Below are positions 7,310 through 16,049 of a DNA stretch of 64,000 bases, piece by piece. The stretch covers positions 51,802 through 115,801 of IMG/VR virus record IMGVR_UViG_3300049046_000039, one strand, 5' to 3'. The translations under genes were made by a program, and so were the position numbers. The DNA comes from a virus. The notes below the pieces were generated by a model, which worked only from the letters and a program-made list of their open reading frames with translations, searched no databases and was not told the origin of the DNA. How positions within the stretch are numbered: the stretch's first letter is position 1; every line of letters begins with the position of its first letter.

Positions 7310-8747
7310 ACTTAGACTGCATGACAGTCTTACGCATGATACCTTCGGGAGTCATGTCGTCGTAGTTAGCGCCGAGAACGGCCTTCATGATCGCTGGCGA
7401 GAAGCCAGAGACGAGGGCAGTTCCAGTCTCGTCGAATGAAACCGGCACGTTACCGTGAGAGTTGAGGTTCCAGAAGACTACTGCCGGAGCTTCGTAACCA
7501 GCACGACGGTACTCGTTACGGATCATCTCGATTGCTCGAGGGTCGTGAGCTTTCGCGCTAGAGCTCCAGCCGCCGCCACCAGTGCCTACGCACTGGTTGA
7601 ACTGCATGTCAGACATGATTAGGAGCATCGTTGGCATTTCTGCCGCAGGCACCTTACCCTTGACTGCAGTATCGAGGATGCGATGGAGCGCCTTCTCGAG
7701 GTCGGTAGACATGTTCCAAGACGATCTCGCCATGGCGTTGTATCGCTGAGACAGCGTACCCTTGACGGTCACGAACTCAGGCTCACTGGAGAAGGTAAGG
7801 AACATGTCCTTGAACTTACCAGTGTTCTTGCTCGCGCAATAGAGACCTAGAGAGATCGCTACGTCGAGACAGGTGACATCCACGCCCTTCGTACCACCGC
7901 CGGCGCGGCAGCCCATAGAACCTGAAACGTCTACCAGAGGCAGAACGTTAGCGTCGCCGATAAAGTTAGGTAGAGCGTCCCACTGAGCGTTAGCCACGGT
8001 AGAGTCACCGTATCTCACGGTCTTGATGATGTCGTAAGGGTATACGGCACCAGCGTTGACCTTGACACCCTTGTCGCCACGCTTGAGAGCTTCCTTGTAT
8101 GCAGTGAACTGCGTAGGAGCCTTCTTAGCGAAAGCCTTGGTGTAGCGAGACATAGCCAGAGAAGGAACGTGGTTGAAGTTGATAGCTTCAAACTCACGGT
8201 TACACATCTGAGTCTCGACAACTCTCGTGAGGTTCACGAGCAGCTTGCGGTACTGCTTTGGAGACATTGCCATGAAGTTGCGCAGCTCTACAGCCTTAGC
8301 GCCCTTACGTGGCATCCACTTAGCGGCCAGACCATTACCGTTCTGGAGGTTCTCCTGAATGAGAGAGAACGCTACAGACTTCACTTCCTCGGTGTTGAAC
8401 ACGAGAAGGTCGTCGAAGCGGCCCAGATCAGGAACACGCGACAGAAGGTTAGTCTTGGTGAGGTAGTCAGGGTTGACTTTCTCGAGATGGAGAAGGATGT
8501 CGCGGAAGAGCTTACGCTCACCGGCGCCGCCGCGGATGTCGCGAGCCCAGAGGGCGATACGGATAGCCAGTTCGCTGTCTTCTACCAGCGCCTTGTTGAA
8601 GAGGCCGGTAACGTCCTTGCCACGCATAGCGCCGATCTGACCAAAGAGGTCTACGTTGGCGCGCATGGTTGACTTGTATGCAGCCATGCCATTCGTGGTC
8701 TTGGTTTTTACAGGAGTGTTGTTTACTGCATTCGCAAAAGTATTCAT
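7296..8747 (-). CDS. DUF2828-type Ro60/TROVE-like vWA protein
   Basis: TTNG, RDIRGGAGER, GRFDDL, LAAKWMPR, HVPSLAM, MIDAS DVSGSM, SDMQF, FWNL, LVSGFSP. Confidence 0.85.
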   Translation of the reverse strand: MNTFANAVNNTPVKTKTTNGMAAYKSTMRANVDLFGQIGAMRGKDVTGLFNKALVEDSELAIRIALWARDIRGGAGERKLFRDILLHLEKVNPDYLTKTNLLSRVPDLGRFDDLLVFNTEEVKSVAFSLIQENLQNGNGLAAKWMPRKGAKAVELRNFMAMSPKQYRKLLVNLTRVVETQMCNREFEAINFNHVPSLAMSRYTKAFAKKAPTQFTAYKEALKRGDKGVKVNAGAVYPYDIIKTVRYGDSTVANAQWDALPNFIGDANVLPLVDVSGSMGCRAGGGTKGVDVTCLDVAISLGLYCASKNTGKFKDMFLTFSSEPEFVTVKGTLSQRYNAMARSSWNMSTDLEKALHRILDTAVKGKVPAAEMPTMLLIMSDMQFNQCVGTGGGGWSSSAKAHDPRAIEMIRNEYRRAGYEAPAVVFWNLNSHGNVPVSFDETGTALVSGFSPAIMKAVLGANYDDMTPEGIMRKTVMQSKYDFR

Positions 8748-8765
8748 GTTGTATTCTCCTAATTC

Positions 8766-8821
8766 ACGGGCTCAGTTTGGTTTGCTGTTTTCCGAAAGCT
8801 ATGAGTTGCGGAATTGAGCCC
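8766..8821 (-). ncRNA. CAGCAA-scaffold RNA 6 (minimal, CCGCAA variant)
   Basis: GGGCTCA/TGAGCCC stem + GT tail, directly upstream of DUF2828 RBS. Confidence 0.65.
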
Positions 8822-8828
8822 TAATAAA

Positions 8829-9015
8829 ACGGGATGCGCGGCTTGCTTACTGCCTGCTGAACTAGCCACACGTCGCAGTGACCTCGATCTCTTATTCGGA
8901 GGAGCACCTACACCGTTTATGCTCATGAAACGGTACAATTGGGACGGCGGCCGAAGCCCCGCCGATCGCTAGAAGACCTCGTTAGAGGCCGGTCAGTTTT
9001 TGCTGAAGTCATCCC
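8829..9015 (-). ncRNA. CAGCAA-scaffold RNA 7 (long, multi-hairpin cargo)
   Basis: GGGATG/CATCCC stem, CAGCAA, GT tail. Confidence 0.65.
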
Positions 9016-9023
9016 ATGACTTG

Positions 9024-9097
9024 TGGAGCGGATAGCGAGACTCGAACTCGCCTCATCTGGTTGGAAGCCAGGTGCTTTACCTCTAAGCTATACCCGC
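9024..9097 (-). tRNA. tRNA-Gly(UCC)
   Basis: loop CTTCCAA, U73, CCA. Confidence 0.93.
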
Positions 9098-9166
9098 CCT
9101 ATTGGATTATGTGCTAATATATATACCCGTTCCAAATAAATGTCAACAGGTTTTTAACATTTTTTC

Positions 9167-9721
9167 TTAATCGTGATCGTAATCACTGACTTCGATGCCG
9201 TTAGCTCGAGTGATCATTACAGTAACGTGATCGCCGAACATAGCGCGCATAATGTCTTCGTTATTAGACACCAGACCGTTAAACCTACGCATGGCTTCTC
9301 TCTCGGACTCAGGAATGGCCATGTCCTTCTTAAGTCGATCGATCGCGTCCTGCCAGTACTGAGAGTCTCGATCCTGATTGAGGTACCCCTCGTATCGCTT
9401 TACTTCAGACTCACTGGCGTCGAAGTTAATATGAACGCCGTAGTAGCGGTCTGCGTAGCTCTCGTCTTCATCTTCACTGAAGAGATCCTCTTCTCGAACA
9501 AAATAGAGAGTGTTTACGCTAAATACGCACTCCTCACCGTCATTGAAGTAGGGTGTGTACTGCGTCCAAGTAACTGCTGCTACTGTCGGAGCTTCATTGA
9601 AGAATGCTTCAACGACAGACTTAAACTTTTCTTGAACAGAAGCCTGAAATGCTTCGGCCTGAGCCTGAAGCGTGGCCTGATGCGCGCTGATGGCGTCGGT
9701 AATTTGCTTAAGCTCACTCAA
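9167..9721 (-). CDS. conserved phage hypothetical protein
   Basis: WTQYTPYFNDG motif; overlaps neighbour. Confidence 0.8.
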   Translation of the reverse strand: MSELKQITDAISAHQATLQAQAEAFQASVQEKFKSVVEAFFNEAPTVAAVTWTQYTPYFNDGEECVFSVNTLYFVREEDLFSEDEDESYADRYYGVHINFDASESEVKRYEGYLNQDRDSQYWQDAIDRLKKDMAIPESEREAMRRFNGLVSNNEDIMRAMFGDHVTVMITRANGIEVSDYDHD

Positions 9722-10085
9722 CTTTCTTACCCTTTTCCTCAGGCGTCTTATGCGCCATCTTATGCTTCATTGTTCCAGACATCCAACCCTCGATTGGCAT
9801 GGTGCCTAACCACTTCTCGACTGTTGGAATGAAGCCCAAGTCCTCGATGATGTGCTCTTCGGCGATGTCTCGAGTACTGACTTCCTTACCGTCGAGATTG
9901 ATGATAGTCTTACCGAACACTTGCTCTACGAGATAGCATCCGAAAGACGAGTGAAGAATAGCTCTATGCCGAATGTCTGGCATAGCGATCTTCGTCTGAT
10001 CGATAAAGTCGTGAATCGGCATGTAGTCAGAAGGAGTTCCACCCCATCGCTTTACGCTAATTCTCGCGTGAAGAAAGGGCTTCAT
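9714..10085 (-). CDS. DUF6915-like His-rich protein
   Basis: PxxHA..WGG..DY..IH..D..RHRA..H..EEHI.ED. Confidence 0.7.
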   Translation of the reverse strand: MKPFLHARISVKRWGGTPSDYMPIHDFIDQTKIAMPDIRHRAILHSSFGCYLVEQVFGKTIINLDGKEVSTRDIAEEHIIEDLGFIPTVEKWLGTMPIEGWMSGTMKHKMAHKTPEEKGKKVE

Positions 10086-10459
10086 TACCAGTCTCCGCTA
10101 GAGCCGCCACCGCCAAAGTCTCCACCGCCGCCAGAGAAGCTACTCGAAGAGTCTGAGGAACTAGAAGAGTCCGAAGAACTCCATCCGTAGTCGCTCGAAG
10201 AGTCTGAGCTGCCAGATGATCCACCAAAGATCATAGCGCTGGAAGTGGGTGTGTAGTCGTCGTCAGATCTACGCGAGTAGCTCGATCCGTAAGTAGAAGT
10301 CTTTCTCTTCGGCTTTGACTTGTAAGAGTCTAGGCGAAGCCGAGCCGCATTGATGCTGTCGCGAAGCTGCTCTTTGCTCTCGAGAGTCTTAGCGACTTCA
10401 GAAGTAGAGTAGACGCGCTCTGACTTATTGCGCTTAAACAAGCGCTTGAGGAAACACAT
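10085..10459 (-). CDS. Ser/Gly-rich protein with FSGGGGDFGGGGSSGDW tail
   Basis: GGAGA SD before ATG 10459; C-terminus typical of TPM-domain proteins. Confidence 0.7.
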   Translation of the reverse strand: MCFLKRLFKRNKSERVYSTSEVAKTLESKEQLRDSINAARLRLDSYKSKPKRKTSTYGSSYSRRSDDDYTPTSSAMIFGGSSGSSDSSSDYGWSSSDSSSSSDSSSSFSGGGGDFGGGGSSGDW

Positions 10460-10469
10460 ATTGTTCTCC

Positions 10470-10605
10470 AAAAAAGAAGGTGGGGCATCACTCTCGCGTT
10501 AAGAGAAGGAGAAAACGCAGCAAGGAGGTGATTAGAGTGATGCCCCGTTTAGCCGTGCCTGCCAGCACCGGCTAAACTCGTTATCAAGCCATCTAGTCTT
10601 GATGG
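10470..10605 (-). ncRNA. putative sRNA/leader with anti-Shine-Dalgarno loop
   Basis: promoter 10610-10638; 13-bp stem GGGGCATCACTCT enclosing ATCACCTCCTT; U-tract. Confidence 0.55.
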
Positions 10606-10736
10606 AGTGATTATACTATAGTCACGGGAAAATGTCAACAGGTTTTTAGCGACTATTCAATATTTGCTTTCGTATTTCGTTCACTATATGTTCCGTTTTG
10701 GAGGTTTCCGACCGGTTTTACGGGCACTCAACAATA

Positions 10737-10994
10737 CTAGAAATATTCGCTAGCGCGAAGCAGCGCGTCCTCACAATCTTCCAGTTCAGACTCGGATATG
10801 CGCTTCCACATAGCGTCGGTGATGGGATGATCGGAAAGAAACGCGATGTCGTCTATCTCGGGTGTTGGATAGTCTACGCCCACGTCTGGCTCGGGTGGAT
10901 GAACTCGACCGTACACTAGTACCGGAAGACCACCTAATATTCTAGCTTCGGCTTCTACAGTGTTGTAGTAGATTCTGCGGTGCTTCTTCTTCAC
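10737..10994 (-). CDS. hypothetical protein
   Basis: ORF in operon. Confidence 0.65.
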   Translation of the reverse strand: MKKKHRRIYYNTVEAEARILGGLPVLVYGRVHPPEPDVGVDYPTPEIDDIAFLSDHPITDAMWKRISESELEDCEDALLRASEYF

Positions 10995-10995
10995 G

Positions 10996-11265
10996 CTACT
11001 TACCGAACGTGTTCTTGAACGGACTGGGCATAGTGGACTGCTTCTTGGGAGTAGCGTCCTGCCACTCCTGGTAGTAGTCCTCCAGCTTCTTCCACTCCTT
11101 GTCGAAGTCTTTCTTGCCGTTCGAGCTGAGAGTCTCTTTGTAGGCGGCGATCCACTCTTCGGCCTCGATCCAGAAGCGGATGTTCTTACCGTTGATTCTG
11201 TTCGCCTCGTCCATCTGGACCGCTCGGCGATACCTCTCCCAGAAGAACCTTACTATATCCTGCAC
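10996..11265 (-). CDS. hypothetical protein
   Basis: GGAGG SD, GTG start. Confidence 0.65.
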   Translation of the reverse strand: MQDIVRFFWERYRRAVQMDEANRINGKNIRFWIEAEEWIAAYKETLSSNGKKDFDKEWKKLEDYYQEWQDATPKKQSTMPSPFKNTFGK

Positions 11266-11266
11266 G

Positions 11267-11584
11267 CTAACCTCCCGTGTATCCCCAAGTCTTAGTGATG
11301 TCGTTTACTGTAGACGAGTACTTGATGTCGTCTAGAAGCAGAGTGCAGAACGCAAGAAGAACTAGCGAGTCTCGATCTTCTACTCCGTCTATCTGAAAGT
11401 GCCTCGCTTCGACGCCACACCGCATCATTCGTTCTTGAATTGCTGGAGTCAAGCTGTCCATGCTCGGAGAAGCTGGAGTGTTGTTAAACGTCTCAGTCCA
11501 GCGAGACTTTACGTCTTTAACCCAGCTACGAAATTCAGCCTTCTTGCTTACCGACGATGCTATATCCGGCATACGGACCTCCAA
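11267..11584 (-). CDS. hypothetical protein
   Basis: ORF in operon; start uncertain. Confidence 0.55.
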   Translation of the reverse strand: MEVRMPDIASSVSKKAEFRSWVKDVKSRWTETFNNTPASPSMDSLTPAIQERMMRCGVEARHFQIDGVEDRDSLVLLAFCTLLLDDIKYSSTVNDITKTWGYTGG

Positions 11585-11670
11585 AATGACATCTTGACGA
11601 ACCCTTCTCGCGATAGCACTTATCGCACACCGGGCAACTGCACTCTTCGTACTCTGGCTCTACTCGCTTC

Positions 11671-11790
11671 TTACTCATCGTCTTCTCCTGGCCAGTAGAC
11701 CGGATGTCCCGGCGGTAAGTGGAAAGCGTTAGAGCAGAACTGGCCGCCCTCGTAAGGCTCGCCGCAGGTAGGGCACACTTTACTCTCCAT
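11671..11790 (-). CDS. 39-aa zinc-ribbon-like protein
   Basis: MESKVCPTCGEPYEGGQFCSNAFH. Confidence 0.5.
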   Translation of the reverse strand: MESKVCPTCGEPYEGGQFCSNAFHLPPGHPVYWPGEDDE

Positions 11791-12262
11791 GGTAGAAGTA
11801 CAGTATCTCTGAGAAGCCCTCGCTCTCGTGCGGCGGCTGCATTCTCTTTCTCATGTTCTCTACCACTTCGTGTGAGACCACCTTCTCGGGTCGTCTCGCT
11901 CTGCGATGGAGTAGGACTTCGTACTCGACGTCGTGAAACACTGCCACTACGTCGTATCCAGCTTTCCTAAGCGGAGTAATGAGCGCGGCTCTGGCATCTC
12001 TACTCAAGTTTGTACGATCGATTACTAAATTCTTATCGGTCTCGATAGCTCGATCTATGTCTCTGTTGAAGACTCGGTTAGCGAACTGGATGAGATCGTG
12101 AAACACTTCGTTGTAGCCAAAGTCGTACTTCGAGGATACGAAGTCTATGACGTGATCGCTAGAAGCTGCTATATAACTGCCATCGTGGAAAGCATTGTTC
12201 TTTCTAACCCAAGTAGACTTGCCGGAGTAAGGAAGTCCGATCATCATGTATGCAGTCTTCAT
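11780..12262 (-). CDS. polynucleotide kinase-like P-loop protein (AAA_33)
   Basis: GLPYSGKST, IDRTNL, RxxR lid. Confidence 0.85.
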   Translation of the reverse strand: MKTAYMMIGLPYSGKSTWVRKNNAFHDGSYIAASSDHVIDFVSSKYDFGYNEVFHDLIQFANRVFNRDIDRAIETDKNLVIDRTNLSRDARAALITPLRKAGYDVVAVFHDVEYEVLLHRRARRPEKVVSHEVVENMRKRMQPPHESEGFSEILYFYHGE

Positions 12263-12567
12263 CTATTCTCTTTTCGTATAGATCGCTGGCAGTGACCCAT
12301 CTTACCCTCGATCATGAAGAACATTCTGTCTATAGCGTACTCGGCTATCTTAGCCCAAGTGAATCCCTGGTTAGAGTAGCTACCTACTACGGCACTTATC
12401 GTCGTGTACGCGCAGGGCGCGGGGTGACCTAGTATCACGTAGAACGGAATGCATATGATAAGTCCGAGACCGATGTCTATCCACACTAGTATCTCAAGCA
12501 GACATTTAAGTATTCTATTCCTTATTGCCAGAAGCATTATAACAAGGCTAGAAAAAAATGTCAACAT
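12259..12567 (-). CDS. membrane protein
   Basis: hydrophobic segments; start uncertain. Confidence 0.6.
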   Translation of the reverse strand: MLTFFSSLVIMLLAIRNRILKCLLEILVWIDIGLGLIICIPFYVILGHPAPCAYTTISAVVGSYSNQGFTWAKIAEYAIDRMFFMIEGKMGHCQRSIRKENR

Positions 12568-12571
12568 GTGT

Positions 12572-12991
12572 TTAAACCTTTTTTGGCAAATGCCTTGCGT
12601 GAATCTTACAATTGATGATACCGTTGTAGTACGAGTCAGTTAACAGAACTTCACGAATTATCTGCTCTTTGATCTCGAGATAAGACATCTCTCCCTTAGC
12701 AGTACAGATGTGTAGTATCTCTCGCTTGAAGTTCTTTACGCCGAGCTTCTCGACGTCCTCCTGCAGCTCCTTATTCGAGCCGTAGTACTCTTTCCAGTCA
12801 GACGGAACTAGAACACGACGATTTCGGCCCTGAATCTTTTTCTTACGAGAGAAAAAGAAGAGCTTCTTACCAACGTACTTGCGCTTGGTCTTTTTATTTG
12901 TTATGAGATAGACGAAGCCAACTTTACCTTCAGCATCAGCGTCAGTAAAGTTGGCTCCTTTGTAGGTCCATGGGTTTATATAGTCTTCCAT
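12572..12991 (-). CDS. GIY-YIG endonuclease (endonuclease II-like)
   Basis: GFVYLIT...YVGKK...YYGS...E...YYN. Confidence 0.85.
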   Translation of the reverse strand: MEDYINPWTYKGANFTDADAEGKVGFVYLITNKKTKRKYVGKKLFFFSRKKKIQGRNRRVLVPSDWKEYYGSNKELQEDVEKLGVKNFKREILHICTAKGEMSYLEIKEQIIREVLLTDSYYNGIINCKIHARHLPKKV

Positions 12992-13011
12992 GGACTATTT
13001 ATGTAGTTCGA

Positions 13012-13239
13012 TTAGGCGGTTGGTGTTACCGGCAGAATCGTGGTCTTAGAGTCCGCCTGGTGACGGAAGACGATGGTAAGAATACCGAGTGCACCAACTA
13101 CGATTTCACCGATGACGGTTTCAGTAATAACTGGTGGAAGAATAATGCCGAAAGCATTTAGAAAAGCGATAAGAGCTGTTAGGAAGCCCATCCATACAGT
13201 CTTAGACATCCATAGTGGCTTAGTTGTTTCCATCTTCAT
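13012..13239 (-). CDS. two-TM holin-like membrane protein
   Basis: KPLWMSKT + two hydrophobic helices. Confidence 0.5.
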   Translation of the reverse strand: MKMETTKPLWMSKTVWMGFLTALIAFLNAFGIILPPVITETVIGEIVVGALGILTIVFRHQADSKTTILPVTPTA

Positions 13240-13729
13240 TTTCCTTTTTTGGTCGCCAAGTTGGATCTAAACCCTTTACTTGGACTTCGTTAAACGTTAT
13301 ACTCATTGCTGGGTAGTCAGTCGGAAGTTCACCCACGTAGTCATAAGAAACTGTAATGTGCGCTATATAGTCAGGATAGTCTGACGTAGCTCCATAGTCT
13401 CTTTTCAGGTCTGCATTAATCTTCTGCAGCTGATCAGAGTGCACGTGAGCTACTAGACACCTGCCTATTGGCGCGTCAAATATCTTCCAGCCGACAATAT
13501 CGCCGTGAATTGGTAAGTTAAAGTCGTACTCTTTTGCATCGGGGCAAGGAGTCTTACTGTAAATTACCGTCACGTGATATTCGTGCTTGTCCAACGGATT
13601 ACTTATCTTATTAAGAACCACCCAATTGTACAAATTATCTTTGTCTACATCGGTTGGCTTAACATTTATGTAAGTGCCGTTAGAATGATCGTCTTGTTCT
13701 TCAGCTATAAACTGCTTAAAGCTCATCAT
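13220..13729 (-). CDS. acb1: gp57B/Acb1-like 2H phosphoesterase (anti-CBASS candidate)
   Basis: two HxT motifs: HVTVIYS and DYxxYIAHITVSYD. Confidence 0.75.
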   Translation of the reverse strand: MMSFKQFIAEEQDDHSNGTYINVKPTDVDKDNLYNWVVLNKISNPLDKHEYHVTVIYSKTPCPDAKEYDFNLPIHGDIVGWKIFDAPIGRCLVAHVHSDQLQKINADLKRDYGATSDYPDYIAHITVSYDYVGELPTDYPAMSITFNEVQVKGLDPTWRPKKENEDGNN

Positions 13730-13955
13730 CCTCATCTTCTTCATCATCGTCCTTCCAGTCTGGAAAGACTTCATATAGTGCGTCGTCAAACGCAGGGTCG
13801 ATACCTAGACACTCGTCTAGAGTATCGCAGTCAAAGTCAGTTGCAGCCTCGATCATGACCATGTAGACATCTTTTCGAGTATCTTTGTCGTCGACAAGAT
13901 CTTTAATGCCACTGACCATCTGAGCTACAAGCATAGATCCGCTTGCCCATCCCAT
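13716..13955 (-). CDS. hypothetical acidic protein
   Basis: ORF in operon. Confidence 0.65.
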   Translation of the reverse strand: MGWASGSMLVAQMVSGIKDLVDDKDTRKDVYMVMIEAATDFDCDTLDECLGIDPAFDDALYEVFPDWKDDDEEDEDDEL

Positions 13956-13966
13956 TAGCGTGTTCC

Positions 13967-14323
13967 TTAGTATTGATGGTAGACAGCGTGTCCGCTGTTA
14001 ACCAGTGTGTCGTTTACGGACTGCTCTTTACCTTCAATGTATATTGTAGCAATCCATCTTCCATACTTGTCGCGAGTATCTCTATGGCTGTCAATGACAA
14101 CTTTAGTTCCTACTGGAAGTAACTCTTTAAGAAAAACTGTTGATGCCTTTCCTTCGACAGTAAATCTTTCTGGCGCGTTTATGTCGTTCAGTCTAAATCT
14201 TTCGGTAAAGTTTATTCTGAAGCCTAAGTCAACTACAAGATCTACGGTGTCTCCGTCTACGATGTTATGTACTGTTGCTTGATATCTGTAGTTGAATGGT
14301 TCCACGCTATTATCTTTCGTCAC
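13967..14323 (-). CDS. thermonuclease (SNase)-like protein
   Basis: IVDGDT, DLGF, RLxxINAPE, DKYGR. Confidence 0.88.
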   Translation of the reverse strand: MTKDNSVEPFNYRYQATVHNIVDGDTVDLVVDLGFRINFTERFRLNDINAPERFTVEGKASTVFLKELLPVGTKVVIDSHRDTRDKYGRWIATIYIEGKEQSVNDTLVNSGHAVYHQY

Positions 14324-14660
14324 CGCTTCCGCTAAGAGTGCCTCGCTCCTGTCTAGAGCGAAGCTTCTCTAAATTGATCTTGGCTACGTCGTTTAGATCT
14401 ACACCTAGCTCATTACAAGCCGCCGCCAAGTACCAAAGTACGTCGCCGACTTCCTTAACTAAAAGAGCGTGTCTCTCATTACTTAAGTCGCTCTTACCAA
14501 CACCAAAAGCTTCGTCTCTTATAGACTTGCCGACGTGTTCTGCGAACTCTCCGGCTTCGCCGTTCATCTTTAACGCCACGTACATTAATCCCATCGGCAT
14601 CTGCTTTCCAGGATATACTGCAGTTTTAGTCGCAGCGTTTTGATAGTCATTAAGCTCCAT
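14310..14660 (-). CDS. mazG: MazG-like nucleotide pyrophosphohydrolase
   Basis: GEAGE, KEVGDVLWY, N..KL..R..RG...GSGD.R. Confidence 0.9.
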   Translation of the reverse strand: MELNDYQNAATKTAVYPGKQMPMGLMYVALKMNGEAGEFAEHVGKSIRDEAFGVGKSDLSNERHALLVKEVGDVLWYLAAACNELGVDLNDVAKINLEKLRSRQERGTLSGSGDER

Positions 14661-15742
14661 TATAATACGAATCCTTTGAATGTTTCTTTGTTAACGTCGT
14701 TGTCCACTCCACCCACTACGTACTGAGTCTGTTGAGTCTCCTGCGGCGCGATCTGAACTTCGGCGCCACCGATCCACTTTCCAGTCCAAGGAAGAACATT
14801 TTCTCTAGCCTTAACAGGATAGTCTACACCAATAGCGTTAGCGCACTTCCAAGTTCTATGGTCTACGAAGGAGCTGAGTAGATCGACATTAAGACCAAGC
14901 ATAGAACCCTGGTTGAACAGGTACTTAGCCCAGTCCTTTTCTTGAGCAGCAACGTCAACGAAGATCTTAGTGGTTTCTGGTGCGCACTCTTCCTTAATCT
15001 TAGCGAAGTCTGGATCGTCCTTAGGTAGAGCTCGAATAGTCTGCTGTGTAAACGCTAAGTGCACGTTCTCGTCGCGGCAGATAAGCTTGATGATCTTAGC
15101 GTTACCCTCCATCTTCTTGAGCTCGGCAAAAGCCCAAGAGCACGCGAAGCTTACGTAGAATCTCACACCCTCTAGCGCGTTAATAGCGTGCAAACACAGC
15201 CAAAGAGCTTTCTTGTGCTCATATTGGTTGTAGTCCTTGGTTGAGATATCGTTTGCAGGATACTTGTTCTTGCACTCTAGACGCCAGTTCCAGTACTTTA
15301 GATTATCGTAGTACTTCTGAATGTCGCGACGACACTCCTGGATTTGTGGAATTGTGTCGATCGTGTCGTACACCTCGGTCGTGTCTGGAAACACGTTCTC
15401 GAGAATGTACTGATAAGAGCGAGCGTGAATGTTCTCCTCAAAGTCCTCCCACTTCTTGACGAAAGAGCGGAACTCTGGTAGAGACCAGATAGGACCGAAG
15501 ACCTCACTTGGCTCGGACCCCTGAACAGAGTCTAGAAGAATCTGTCTCTTTAGATTTGCGGTAAAGATGTGCTTCTCGTTATCAGAAAGTGTCTTGAACT
15601 CCTTCTGATCTCGAGACAGCTCAACCTCTTCTGGTTGCCATAGGAAACCTTGCTGCTTCATGAGCAGCTTGCGCATCCATGGATACTTTACTTTGTCGTA
15701 CCTACTGATGGCAATAGGACCGCCGAAGAATATATTACTCAT
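14660..15742 (-). CDS. nrdB: class Ia ribonucleotide reductase beta subunit
   Basis: WQPEEV, ENIHARSY, LEGVRFYVSF, RDENVH. Confidence 0.96.
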   Translation of the reverse strand: MSNIFFGGPIAISRYDKVKYPWMRKLLMKQQGFLWQPEEVELSRDQKEFKTLSDNEKHIFTANLKRQILLDSVQGSEPSEVFGPIWSLPEFRSFVKKWEDFEENIHARSYQYILENVFPDTTEVYDTIDTIPQIQECRRDIQKYYDNLKYWNWRLECKNKYPANDISTKDYNQYEHKKALWLCLHAINALEGVRFYVSFACSWAFAELKKMEGNAKIIKLICRDENVHLAFTQQTIRALPKDDPDFAKIKEECAPETTKIFVDVAAQEKDWAKYLFNQGSMLGLNVDLLSSFVDHRTWKCANAIGVDYPVKARENVLPWTGKWIGGAEVQIAPQETQQTQYVVGGVDNDVNKETFKGFVL

Positions 15743-15863
15743 GTACTGTTTCTTTCTATGTCTTTTCTAACATGGTTGATATATTTTAGCATGTGGTCAC
15801 GTTCTGGAGGTTGAAGCTCTTCTAGCTGACTCTTCAGACTCCTCAATAGTAAGTCACTGTCTA

Positions 15864-16049
15864 TCATTCAGATAAAAACTTCTGCTTTGTTAACTGGTTA
15901 GTTGAGACTACCACGCTGTTGCCGTCTTCTAAAAGCACGCGAACCGCAGTTGTTCCCGGGCTCAAGTGAATAATTCTTCCGACTTTACCGTTAGTGTCGA
16001 AACTGTCAGTGTCTAGTCTTACGGTATCACCTTCGTTTAAATCTTGCAT
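15864..16049 (-). CDS. small KOW/SH3-like protein
   Basis: EGDTVRL...GKVGRI. Confidence 0.55.
   Translation of the reverse strand: MQDLNEGDTVRLDTDSFDTNGKVGRIIHLSPGTTAVRVLLEDGNSVVVSTNQLTKQKFLSE

Noticed and set aside
5868-9015. CAGCAA elements as a CRISPR array or simple tRNA pseudogenes
   Set aside because: Not identical direct repeats with regular spacers; stems covary and the arm order is permuted, which decay would not produce.
8829-9015. tmRNA
   Set aside because: No tRNA-Ala-like acceptor with G3:U70 and no tag reading frame recognised.
12572-12991. GIY-YIG gene as a mobile homing endonuclease or intron
   Set aside because: Short, free-standing, no DNA-binding repeats, no interrupted host gene.
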